The translations under genes and the position numbers were made by a program. The notes beneath the pieces are model-generated. The model ran no database searches and was not told where the DNA came from. It was given only the letters and a program-made list of their open reading frames with translations. Source: Felis catus (taxonomy: Eukaryota). Taken from it: a stretch of 64,000 nucleotides of DNA. Shown in pieces: positions 32,531 to 56,843 of this stretch; the stretch's first letter is position 1; each line of letters starts with the position of its first letter. Where the stretch lies: positions 35,836,001 to 35,900,000 of the forward strand of contig NC_058371.1 in NCBI RefSeq assembly GCF_018350175.1, in the 5' to 3' direction.

Positions 32531-32842
32531 GAGGAGATGGGGTTAGATCTTGATGGGAAGTAGAAGCCAGTGGGAACAGAGGTGCGGAGGGAGCTTGGGC
32601 AGCACAATAATCCCATGGGGACTAGCTGGAGCTGTAAACAGACAAGGCCTGGGGTGGTCTCTAGGCAGCTCTGGGGACATTGATTTCCTATAAACACCCA
32701 GGATAATGCAGAGAGCATTGCACCTCTTTGGAGTGGCCGTGAGAGGGCAGCAGTTGCCAAGGTCTGGGCTGCCCCTAGCTTCCAGGTCAAGGAGGGCGGG
32801 GTTGGGAGGCTGGCCAGAGCTCTGCCCTACAGGGGCCTGGCC

Positions 32843-32883
32843 GCTGGCTGGCTGGCTGGCTGGCTGGCTAGCTAGCTGGCTGG
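32843..32883. repeat. (GCTG)n tetranucleotide repeat
   Basis: gctggctggctggctggctggctggctagctagctggctgg. Confidence 0.9.
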
Positions 32884-35800
32884 AGAGACGATGCAGAATG
32901 CTGGCCTGGCCTCCAATGGCTCTTTCTGCTGTTCCTTCCTGTTGTTTGTGGTCATTGGTCCTGTCTGCCCCCTTCACGGAGTCTCCCCTGTCCTGAGACC
33001 CAGGCTTTTTGCCAGAGCTCGCTCTACTCCATCCCCTCCTCTAATCCCTGGGGCAGTCAGTGCTGGCTTTGCCCTCTCCTGCTCCTGCTCCTGGGTGCTG
33101 GTCTCACTGTGGTGTCCCAGGGCTGCTCCCCTTGCCCACCCCATGCCTGTTCTTCCTTCCCACTTTTGATTAAGCAAAGAGGCGGGTGGGAAGAAGGGAA
33201 ATGGTGTGGTAACCCGGAGTGACCTGAGGAGTGTGGATTAACTCTTGGTGTGGGGATTATCTGGGTTTTATTTGGGGAAGGCACTTAATCGGTCGGGGTG
33301 GTTTAGCTCCTCACGTATTGGTGTTCAATGACTTCCTATGTAGGCATTCCCTTGCATCATGGTGTTGCCTCATTTCTTCATTTCTTCATTCAGAAAGTCT
33401 GTTGAGCATCTATCGGGTACCAGGCGTGTTTCCAAATACTCAGAATGCAGTCTAGGAATGGCTAGCACCTAGAATGTGACTCCCCAGCAGGTGCTGCTCT
33501 AAGCCCCTAACACATTCACTTGATCTTCATGACAATCTCCTGAGGTAGGTACTATTATTATGACATCCATTTTACAAATAGGAAAACAAGGCACTGAGAG
33601 GGCAAGTGATTTGCCTGAGGTTACACAGCTAATAAGTGGCAGAATTAGGCTTTGAACCAGGCAGTCTGGCTCCAGAGTCAGTGTACTTAACCACTGTGCA
33701 GGACTAAAGTAAATGAGGCAAGAAGAAGGAGGTAAGTGTGTAGCAAACATGCAGTTGTGTGTGTAGTTGTGTGTGTAGTTGTGTGCCTGTCCTTGTGCTG
33801 GGCATTTTATAGGGATGATCTCCTTGAATCCTCCTGACGAGCCTGAAGGGAGGGGTTAGACCCATTTCACAGATGAAAAAACAGAGACTTGGAGAAGTGA
33901 AGCAACTTGTCCCCAGTCGTGGCTGCCTGTGGGTGGTGTCCCTGTTTCCTGAGGCAAGCTTGCCCAGAAGTTGCTGCGGTAGACGTGGAATGGCAGGATC
34001 CACACTCCCGAACTGGGGGAAGCAAACAGGAATGTGTGATGAACGGGCAAATGACACAAAAACTCCGAGGAAGGGGAAGGCCTGAAGTTAAAGGGTGTTG
34101 AGGGAGCTTTCGTGGGAGCTGGAGCTTCACCTGCCCTCATTCCTAGAATGTGCTTTGAGTGGGGAGCAGGGTCTTTTGGGCCCCTAGGCTGAAATGGTGA
34201 CACTTTCTCAGGCCCAAGATCTCCACCTCCACCCCCCTCCCCACCAGCCTCTTTGCTAGCCTGGCTGCTCTGCAGCTCCTGCCTTTTCTGACTCCAGAGC
34301 GCTCAAGTTCATCTGTGCATCCACATCAGCCTCCAGGCCTTTGCTCCAGCTGTATGACTCTCCTGCCCTCTGAACAGTCTTTCTTTCCTGGCCCCCCATA
34401 GCCTTCCTTTGAGACCTGCTTTCTCCCAGAAGCCTTCCCTGACTTGCCAACTCCTCTTCAAGCTACTAAAGCTCCTGATCTCTGGCTGGCTCGCCAATCT
34501 TGGGCTCACAGTGGGCTGCGTGGGTGTGCCAGTCCCCAGCTGGCCTCCCTTAAACCTGATTTGCTTTGTAATCCCCACCTCATCCAACCGGACTGCCTCA
34601 TACCTCCATGCCGTTCCCCCTGACATGATCTTCCGCCTCTACTCAACTCTCTGTCCTCCTCCTATGTGCCCTGTGAACCTCACTCAGACACCACCTATCC
34701 CAGGAAGCCCTCTGTGAGCACGCCCCCCTGCCTCCTTAGAGTTGGTCATCCAGACCACACCATAGCTATTCTTACATGAACCTCTCTCTGTTTTTGCCTT
34801 GAGCATATCCTATTTTCTCCCCCAATTCATTGTGGCTTCATAAAGAACAGACTTGCAACTTATTCACTTTTGTATCCAGCCTGGAATAAGTGGTGGTTTA
34901 GTCAAAGTGAGATGTCGTCGTATGTGTGTGGCTCAGTGAAGGCCCACTTATTCTCTGACTTGTGAGCTCCAGCATCACTTCCTCCGTGAAGCTTCCCCCC
35001 ACTTCCCCAGGACTAAGAGCACCTCGTACTCATTTGTTAATATGCCGACTCCAACAGTCACCCCACAGTGCCCAGCACAGGGCCTGACATGTAAGAGGCC
35101 CCAGTGAATGTTTGCTGGTAAAAGAACAAAGGCACTAAGTGAGTATAAGCTCCTTGAGGGCAGGGATGGCCTGTGCTTTCATCTTTGTGCACTGTACCTC
35201 TTTGTGCCCATCACAGAACCTTGAAAATGCCAGGGTCTCTACAACACACACATTTGCCAAATCGCTGCTGCTGCAGTTATACGGGTTCCAAGACATCCTG
35301 AGGCCAGAGGGGAAGGGGTAGTAAGGAGAATTCCAAGTTCTGGGGCATTTCTGGCCAAGCATACACGTGATCCTGAGACTAGAGCCTTGGGTGTGGGCTG
35401 GGCTTCCCTCAGAGCCTGCCCTGTCCCTCTGACAATCACTGAGACGTCTGCCTTCTTCAACACTGCTTCCCTCTGCATGGGGGGCCTGGCCCTAGGGCCC
35501 CCTAAGCTCTGGCCTGCCCACAGCCCTCAACCTCCTATTATCCACTAGTATGCCCAGGTAGGATCAAGGCTGGACTTCTGCTGCAATTGACTTAGGGCAC
35601 AGATGTGCTGGGCTCCATGCTGGGCACCCAGTAGGGAGATGAGACAACCTAGGCCAGCCCCCTTGCAAGAACATACCTCTGCTTGGCCCCGGTACTAGTC
35701 CCACTCGGTTTGTGCCCAGGGCTTACTCTCTGGCTTCTCAGTCCACCTTGCCTGCTCGAGGGTCTCCTCCATTGCCTCCCAGTTGCCAGGTGCGTGTGGT

Positions 35801-36520
35801 CCTGAATTCCTGGCCTCCTCTTTCCTGCCTCTGCACTGCCCCACCTTCTTTTGGACCTTAGACGGCTCCCCCCTCTCCCTGCCTCTTCAGCCCCTTTCAG
35901 CCTGTGGCCCTTTCATGTCCTGGTCCCCCTTCCTGCCTCTGGCCTCGAGGTGCACTTGGCCCCCTGCTGTAGTCTTACCGCCACTCTTGGGCTGCAGATA
36001 GTTAACCTCTTGTTTCAACACGGCCCTGGCCCAAGCTGAGTTGGGGAGTCTGGGCTGGCACTGCCCCACCCATAAGGGGGTTGACAAGAGCACCCAGGCT
36101 CTTGCCCCTTGTCCCTGATAAACATCAGGGATAATGGCTGGGTAGGGGGCAGAAATGCCGGCAGGAGGATGATGCCTGCTGCTCAGGAAACCCTGGGGGC
36201 CAGAGCCTGGTTGCTAGGCAGAAGGTCTTGAGCCTGGGGCAGAATGAGGTAGCTTTCTCTACTAGGGTGGTTAGATGCCGGGAGGGGAGGGTGGGGGAGG
36301 GAGGATGGGGCACTGGGGAGGTGTGGGCTGAGAAGAGGAATTAGGTCAGGGATGTGGGTGGGTGGGCATGAGGGGAGGGGGCATCTACTGTAGAGCTTCC
36401 TCCTGGCTCCAAAAGCATTTCCACACTTCCCTTCCTCTCTCCCCCTCACCCCAGGTCCTGGGAGAATTCTCCCCGGTATTCCCCCTCCCCCATGCCCCCC
36501 AGTCCAGGCTTTGCCACAAG

Positions 36521-36773
36521 NNNNNNNNNNNNNNNNNNNNNNNNNNNNNNNNNNNNNNNNNNNNNNNNNNNNNNNNNNNNNNNNNNNNNNNNNNNNNNNN
36601 NNNNNNNNNNNNNNNNNNNNNNNNNNNNNNNNNNNNNNNNNNNNNNNNNNNNNNNNNNNNNNNNNNNNNNNNNNNNNNNNNNNNNNNNNNNNNNNNNNNN
36701 NNNNNNNNNNNNNNNNNNNNNNNNNNNNNNNNNNNNNNNNNNNNNNNNNNNNNNNNNNNNNNNNNNNNNNNNN
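36521..36773. other. Assembly gap (N run)
   Basis: N bases. Confidence 1.
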
Positions 36774-38704
36774 ACCCGAGGGGCACTGTGCTTGCCCAGG
36801 TAAGGGGCTCTGGGGACAGCGTGAGGGCAGCTGGCTCGTGAGTGCTGCTGTGCTTGTCAGCATGAATGTGTGTATCAGAGTGTGTGTGTGTATGTGTGTG
36901 TGTGCTCTTGAGGGCTCTATGTGAGCCTGGGGTGGGCCAGTACGCATCTGGGGGTGCTGGTCAGCTTGCCTTTGTCCACGAATTCAGCATTGTGTCCCCG
37001 CGTGTGTGGCTTTCCTTCTGTGTTTGTGTCTTTTGTGTGTCTCCTTAGATCTTCCCCGTCCTCAGGCACAGAATAGCCGGCTATAAGGGCTCTGTGGGCC
37101 GGTGGCATGGGCTGTGAAGCAAGATGGGGAGCTGGGTGAGGGTGGAAAGGGCCTTCTCCCCGCACCTCCCTATAACCCCCTCGGCATTCAGGAACCTATT
37201 CTGAGAGTCCTGTTCTAGTCCAGAGACTGTGACCTAACAAGGCAGACAAGGCAACTGGGGGTGAGGTGGGGGGGGGAGTTGTCTGTCATACTCCCCTGGG
37301 ACAGTCCCCATCTCCTTTGGGATGACAGTGACAGGCCTCAGCACCCAGGACAACACAGAGTCCCACCCTGCCCTTCCCAGCCTCTTCTAGGCCCTAAGCT
37401 GAAGGGCCCAGACTTCTCCCCCCTAGACTCTCCGACCAGCTTTGGCTGCCAGAGGACACAGATGGGGGACCACAGGCACACCCCAGCCCCCCATCTGCAT
37501 CGTGGAGCCAGCCTGGGGGAGGGTCTGGGGCTTGGGATCTTGGCATTGCAGTCTGCATTAGACCCTCCATGATCATATTCCTGGGCACACTCAGGTCCAG
37601 GCCACCCCTCAGGGGAGCTGGGGGAGGAAGGGAGTGTTAATAACTTAGTCATGTAAACAACCCCTACCAGCCTGCCCTGCCACAGAAGCGGCCTCTGGGG
37701 GGAGGTGGAGGGGCTGAGTGAATCTATGCCAACATGACCCAAGTCCTGCCCAGTGCCCCTTCAGGACTCCTCTTCTTAGGCCCCCTCCTCTTCTCCCCAT
37801 CTGGGAAAAGGATTCCTGCCTTTGTCTCTTGGGAGGAAGGCTTGCTCCCAGCTCTTTATGGCTCCCCTCTCCAGGGATGTTAGTGTGACTTCGAACCAGG
37901 CTAGAGGCATCTGAGAGCTCATCCCTTGGTTGGGATGGGGGTGGGTGGGGTGGTGCTGCCTCTGTCCTAGGCCGGGTGAAGGCAGGCCAAGGACGGCTTC
38001 CATAGGGTGGCAGGGGAGCTGTGGGGTGAGAGGTGGGGGGGCCTGAGGGGAAGGGAAGCGCCCGTTGGGCGTGTGGGTTTCTATGTGTGTCTGAATCTGT
38101 CTGTGTGTGTTTGAATCTGTCTGTTTGTGTCTGTGCTCTGGAACCACCCCCGCAGAGGAGCCGGGATGCTTCCTCGGGTGGAGGGTGCCCTGCTTTCCCA
38201 TTTCCTCTCCTCCTCTCTGCTCCCTCCCAGGAGCCACTCCCATGGGCTGCTCTCCAGTGCTGGGCCTGGAAGCACTAGGAACTGGGATAGGGCAGACCCC
38301 CAGAACACCAGGCTGGAGCAGGTGTTGGGGCTCATGTGGTCCCACCTCCTCTCTGGACACTTGGTGAAACCTAGGCCCATGGAGCAGGGACAGACCAGAG
38401 CCTAGGTCTCCCGGAACTGCTAAGGCAGGACACAGGGCCTGCTACTGGGACTTGGAAGGGGGCTTTAGTCAAGAATGGTGAAAAGCAGCTTGGCCAGGTG
38501 AGGATGAGGTAGGGCAGACCTGGGCCACGGGGGGTGTACCCATGTGCCAGAGCTGAAGGACCACAAGCAAGTGGTCCAGCAGGCACAGGGTCGGCTGGCG
38601 TGGGTCAGGAGCCCATCACTGACCCGTGAGAACCCGACTGCCCCTGCCAGCTCTGGCACTGCCCCCTCCCAGCCGCCCCGCCCTAGCACCCCGGGGGGCA
38701 CCCC

Positions 38705-39101
38705 NNNNNNNNNNNNNNNNNNNNNNNNNNNNNNNNNNNNNNNNNNNNNNNNNNNNNNNNNNNNNNNNNNNNNNNNNNNNNNNNNNNNNNNNNNNNNNNN
38801 NNNNNNNNNNNNNNNNNNNNNNNNNNNNNNNNNNNNNNNNNNNNNNNNNNNNNNNNNNNNNNNNNNNNNNNNNNNNNNNNNNNNNNNNNNNNNNNNNNNN
38901 NNNNNNNNNNNNNNNNNNNNNNNNNNNNNNNNNNNNNNNNNNNNNNNNNNNNNNNNNNNNNNNNNNNNNNNNNNNNNNNNNNNNNNNNNNNNNNNNNNNN
39001 NNNNNNNNNNNNNNNNNNNNNNNNNNNNNNNNNNNNNNNNNNNNNNNNNNNNNNNNNNNNNNNNNNNNNNNNNNNNNNNNNNNNNNNNNNNNNNNNNNNN
39101 N
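38705..39101. other. Assembly gap over the HR promoter CpG island
   Basis: N bases flanked by GC-rich sequence. Confidence 1.
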
Positions 39102-39280
39102 GCTGCGCTGTCCGCCGCGCTCTCCCTCCATTAGCCGCGCTGCGCCGTGCTGCGCCCTCTCTGGTGCCTCTCTCCTGGGACCCGGGATCGGGCCCCCCTT
39201 CCAGGCACGACCCCCTCCCCCGGCCCTTCGGCCTTTCCCCCGACTCGGCCGTTTCCGACCCGGGGCGCACGTTCCCCCCG

Positions 39281-39420
39281 NNNNNNNNNNNNNNNNNNNN
39301 NNNNNNNNNNNNNNNNNNNNNNNNNNNNNNNNNNNNNNNNNNNNNNNNNNNNNNNNNNNNNNNNNNNNNNNNNNNNNNNNNNNNNNNNNNNNNNNNNNNN
39401 NNNNNNNNNNNNNNNNNNNN
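39281..39420. other. Assembly gap in HR exon 1, hiding the HRURF start codon
   Basis: N bases directly 5' of the HRURF C-terminal codons. Confidence 1.
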
Positions 39421-39473
39421 TGTGCCGCATCCTGCAAATCCCGGAATCCGACCCCTCTAACCTGCGGCCCTAG
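39421..39473 (+). CDS. HRURF: HR upstream ORF peptide U2HR/HRURF, C-terminal half. The start is predicted near 39369, inside the gap, if the peptide is 34 aa
   Basis: (V)[16 protein letters not shown] matches the C-terminus of the human U2HR peptide as recalled ([34 protein letters not shown]). Lies in HR exon 1, whose donor is CCCAG|GTAAGG at 39638. Confidence 0.92.
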
Positions 39474-39562
39474 AGCGCCCCCGCCGCCCCGGGGGAAAGA
39501 GCAGAGCAGAGAGCGGGAGAACGCGTCCTCGCTCGCCGGCCGGGAGGCCCCGGAGCCGGCCC

Positions 39563-40970
39563 ATGGGGAGCGGGCGCCCGGCGCCGGCCACGACGACCGC
39601 CGCCGCCGCCCGCGCCGCGCCCGGCCTGCGAAGCCCAGGTAAGGGCCGAGAGGGGGCGCCAGGGGCGGGCCTTCAGGGGATACTCGTAGCGGGGCATTTC
39701 TGAGGCAAGCTTGGGCTGCACGCAGCGAGTGAGTTCCCTGTGCTTTTCCAGTGTGCTTCTCCGGGCTGGGCCACAGATCTAAAAGTTAGGATGCCAGACA
39801 GGGCTGGACTGCGACGGAGCGGTGGCCCCAGAAAACCCGAGCGACCTCATGCCAAGGCTCTCTGGGCTCCCTCACCTTTCTCCTGGGGCTTCATCCAGCC
39901 GGCAGAGGGGGCCGTGCTGGGAGAGCGCTGCGGCTCTGGTGCCACCTGTCATCCTGGTCCTTTGCATGCACGTTCAATTTTCCCTCCTTTGCCTCTCTCT
40001 GGGGCCCAGCCCGCTTTCCCCGCCTCCTTCCCTCCCCCTGCCAGGCTGCAGTTACCAGCGGCCGCCAGCGGCCCTGGCACTGCCTGCTGGACTGGAGCGG
40101 CTTGACCCATCCCAGCTGAGTCCTCTTAATCCCCCTCTTCAGTGCTGGCTCACTCCTTCCCTTGGGGGCAGTGGTGAAGATCCCAGCCCCCAGCAGTTGC
40201 CCGGGGACTCTGCTTCAGAAGCCAAGAAACTGTACAGAGCTGGGAAGAGACACACTAGGGGCTGCCCAAGTGTAGGGAAAGATACCAGCCAGCAGCCCTG
40301 CCTGGCAGCTCTCCCCAGTGACTCTGGCCTGCCCTGCCTTCACTTCCCACCCCTATAAGCTTGAGTAGGGCTGAGGGGTGGGTAGGCAAGCAGTACCCCC
40401 AGATCCACAGACTGCAATGTGGGAAGAAGCCTCTGAGACTCCCAACTTCCAAGCCCTATTTTGCACAAGGGCACACTGACGTCCAGAGGAGTGATATGAC
40501 TTGCCCAAGGTCATGCAGCAGGTACTGAGTCAGGGCCAGGATCTAGCCTTCTTGTCCCCTTGTGCAGCACCTCCCACCGAGCTCATCTTTTGGGTTCTTC
40601 CCCCATGCCCTTCCCAATGGCTCGTGACCAGGGTCCAGGCTCAGCAATGCAAGGACATGTTATCCTAGAAATGGCAGTCTTTGCTGAGGGGCTCTGGCCC
40701 AGGTGGGTTGTCAAGTCCCAGGTATTTGGGCAAAGGGGTGACCTCCCCACACTTGAGCATCCCACCCAGGCAGGTCCTTCGAGTCGCATGTGGGCAGGCA
40801 GTGTGGAGTCTAGCTGTGGGTTGGCACTTGCCTTACTGGTTTGAGCTGCCTTGGTGCTGCCAGGGCGGTGCCTGCTCTGTAGCAGGTGGTAGGGTGCTTG
40901 GGGCATGTGCCTGAGAAACTCATGCTTTGTTGGTTATGCTCCAGGGATCCCCTCTTGGAAAGCCCCATGA
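39563..40970 (+). other. Spliced HR uORF (39563-39638 joined to 40945-40970), 33 aa, probably the U3HR equivalent
   Basis: ATG in context cccATGG. After exon 1/2 splicing it reads [33 protein letters not shown]. Confidence 0.6.
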
Positions 40971-40983
40971 GGGCAGGAGAGTA

Positions 40984-40984
<1 letters not shown>
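40967..40984 (+). other. Minimal HR uORF MRAGE*, probably the U4HR equivalent, whose stop overlaps the HR ATG
   Basis: ATG AGG GCA GGA GAG TAA; the last A of TAA is the A of the HR ATG at 40984. Confidence 0.7.
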
Positions 40985-54048
<13,064 letters not shown>

Positions 54049-55295
54049 GGGTATCCCCAGTGTCTGGGGTAGGTTGGGGGGCAAATACTCAGTCCAGGCA
54101 CAGCTTCAGCAGATAATGATGCTGGGAGACTTGGGGACTTTTGGTCAATCCCTCAAGCACCACTCTGGGCACAGACAGGGCACCCTGTTCCCCGCTCCAA
54201 CCTAGGCCCTACAGCCAGCAACCACAGTGCCGTCGAAGCTCACACCTGCCCTTCACAGGCTGGCACCTGCTGTCCCTGCATCTCTTGCCATGGTACCAGG
54301 CCCACACTGGGGGTGAATGACTCCCTTCAACCCTTGCCCCCTGAACCCAGGAGGCAAACAGCCCTTCCCTGGGGCACCTTGGGAATCATTCTGGCTTAAG
54401 CAACACCTTCTTCTGCTGCCTCATCCCCTGCTGTCCCACCCGTGCCCGTGCTCTGCTTACACCACCTGCATCTTCACTGGGCTCCCGGGTGGCCCTTCAC
54501 ACTGCAGGCATGCTGGACAAGGGGCCACTGAAATCCTGCCCTCTCGCCAGAGAACAGTGAGGTGTGGGGAGAGGGTGGCATCAGAACATTGCCCAGGCTT
54601 GGCTGGAGGGAATGATATGGGTGATGCCCTGTTCCTGCTCCCTCTTCTCACCTCCCTCCTTCATGATTTCCATTAAAGTCTGTTGTTCTGTGAATGCTGC
54701 TGGAGTGGTTGGCCCTGCTCCTGCAGGCCACATGGACTGGGGAGGGGTGGGGAGATAAGGAAGTGGAGTGGGGCAGGGGTGGGGGTGATGACAGGGACCT
54801 CAAACACCCCTGCCTACTCTTCTTCCTGGGGCCTAGATCCTTTTCCCACTGAGGAGCAGATGGAACATTCCAGGGGTCTGTCCCTGAGGATGCTCCTGAC
54901 AGCAGACGGTGGGCAAGGCACCCTGGGGTGCAGCAGCATGGCAGCTTTCCTGTGCGCACTGGCTGCAGAGATCTAGAGCCCCAACCCGCGGGCAAACTTC
55001 AGGCTACCCCAGCTCTCCTGTCTTCCCTGACCTGGAGCACTGGGAGTGCGGCCCAGGAGAGCCCTTGCCTAGCCGTCTGCCCTCAGTGCCCGCAGCTGGC
55101 CCCAGGCCCGCTACCCGGGGACTGGCTTGCTGCCCGAGAGACAGTTGACGGGCCCCTCCCCGCCCCCAGGGCCCTCTGGGGTGGCTCAGCCTGCTCCGCT
55201 GCCCTTGTACATCTTAGCGCCAGCATACTCCAGCTCTTGTTATACCTAATTGTTCCTGCGGTGGTTCGGGGAGTGGGTTTTTTTGTTTTTTATGA

Positions 55296-55301
55296 AATAA
55301 A
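55296..55301 (+). terminator. HR polyadenylation signal
   Basis: AATAAA in a U-rich context 1.25 kb after the stop. An ATTAAA variant also occurs at about 54672. Confidence 0.7.
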
Positions 55302-56641
55302 ATTTTTTGTTATAAATTTAATATACTTTCAGAACATTTAGAAAATAGGAAAAAGTCACTTGTAAGCTCATCTCTGCTCACCCCGACCCAACCACTGTTA
55401 GCATTATTGGTGTATTTCCTTGTATTTTCTCTGAGGGTTTCATACATGATTGAATTGATGCATTTTGTACTTGATTTTTCCTTTCAACACTGTGTTGTGG
55501 TCATTTTCTGTGTTGCTATGCAACCTTCATTTTAAATAGCTGCTTATATTCCCTTATGTGGCTTTGCTGTGGTTTACATAACCATCCTGCACCTAAAAAA
55601 TTAGGTTTCTTCATTGTTTGCAAAGCAAGGTTATTTTCATTTTATCATGGGATAGAGAGAGAAGAAAAAATGGAAGCAGTCCTACACTTTACTCTGCCAC
55701 TGTTTTCATTTAATTGATCTCATTTAATCCCTTATCATGGTTTTGAGGTAGATATTATTTATTTATATTTTACAGAGAGGAAAGAGGCAGGCTGGGGTTG
55801 AGTCACCCAAGGTCACGCAGCAATTTTAGTGGCAGGATTGGTATTTGAACCAAGCTTCCGGACTTGAGCCTCGTTTACATTAGTTTTGGCCCTTAATGGA
55901 CTTTGCAGATGAGCTTGCTGTTCTGTCCTCCTTCCAACACACACACTTTACAGTTGATCATGTTCCAAGTGGCACTGCACGACCATCCCTACTTACACTT
56001 CACCTTATATAGCTGTGTCCTAATGTCACCCTAGAACCCCAAACATGGGGTCCTTCCTGCGGGAAGACAGAGATAGCCCAGTCACCAGGCCTCTCTTTTC
56101 TGCACACCTCTCTCCTGCCTCCATTTCATGGCAGGTCACAGCACCCTCGAGGGCATATTGGATCTGACTCTTGCAAACAGCAGGTGGACCAAATGTTCTA
56201 GGACTGGCCCTGGGCATGAAGCCAGTCCAGGTGGGTACTGACCCTGAGACGTCTGGGGGCACTTGGTGGCACTGTTCCTCATGGAGGCTCAGCTGGCTCA
56301 CCCCAGTCCAGCACTGCCCTTGGGGTCTCTGCTTCTGCCAGCATCCCCGCTGTCCACTGTCTACTCCAGCCCCTCTCACTCGCCCAGATAACACAGAAGC
56401 ACAACCCTCAGTGCCAGAAGTGACATCAGCATGTAGATAAGCAGTGCCGCCTTTTTCTTTTTTCTTATAAAGTACCTTTTCAGAGTTTTTATTTTGAAAT
56501 GATTTTAGATTTACACTCAAGTCACAAAGATAGTACAGGAAGTTCCTGATTACCCTGCATCCAGCCTTGTCCCATGTTAACATCTTACACAAACATGGCA
56601 CAGTGATCAAAACGAAGAAATCATTATTGACACACTAAACA

Positions 56642-56843
56642 TTTTTAAAAATATTTATTTATTTTTGAGAGACAGAGGGAGACAGAGTGTGAGTAGGGAT
56701 GGGGCAGAGAAGATACAGAGTCCAAAGCAGGCTCCAGGCTCTGAGCTGTCAGCACAGAGCCCAACATGGGGTTTGAACCCACAAACCCTGAGATCATGAC
56801 CTGAGCTGAAAAACGCTCAACCGACTGAGCCACCCAGGCGCCC
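56642..56843 (-). mobile_element. Can-SINE nested in an old L1 3'-end-like tract (about 56470-56930)
   Basis: SINE body, imperfect TSD tattga(c/t)a...cacta. The flank ttttattttgaaatgattttagatttacac... is L1M-like. Confidence 0.8.

Noticed and set aside
36183-39642. Long ORFs containing X runs
   Set aside because: They span N gaps. Only the HRURF C-terminal codons are supported.
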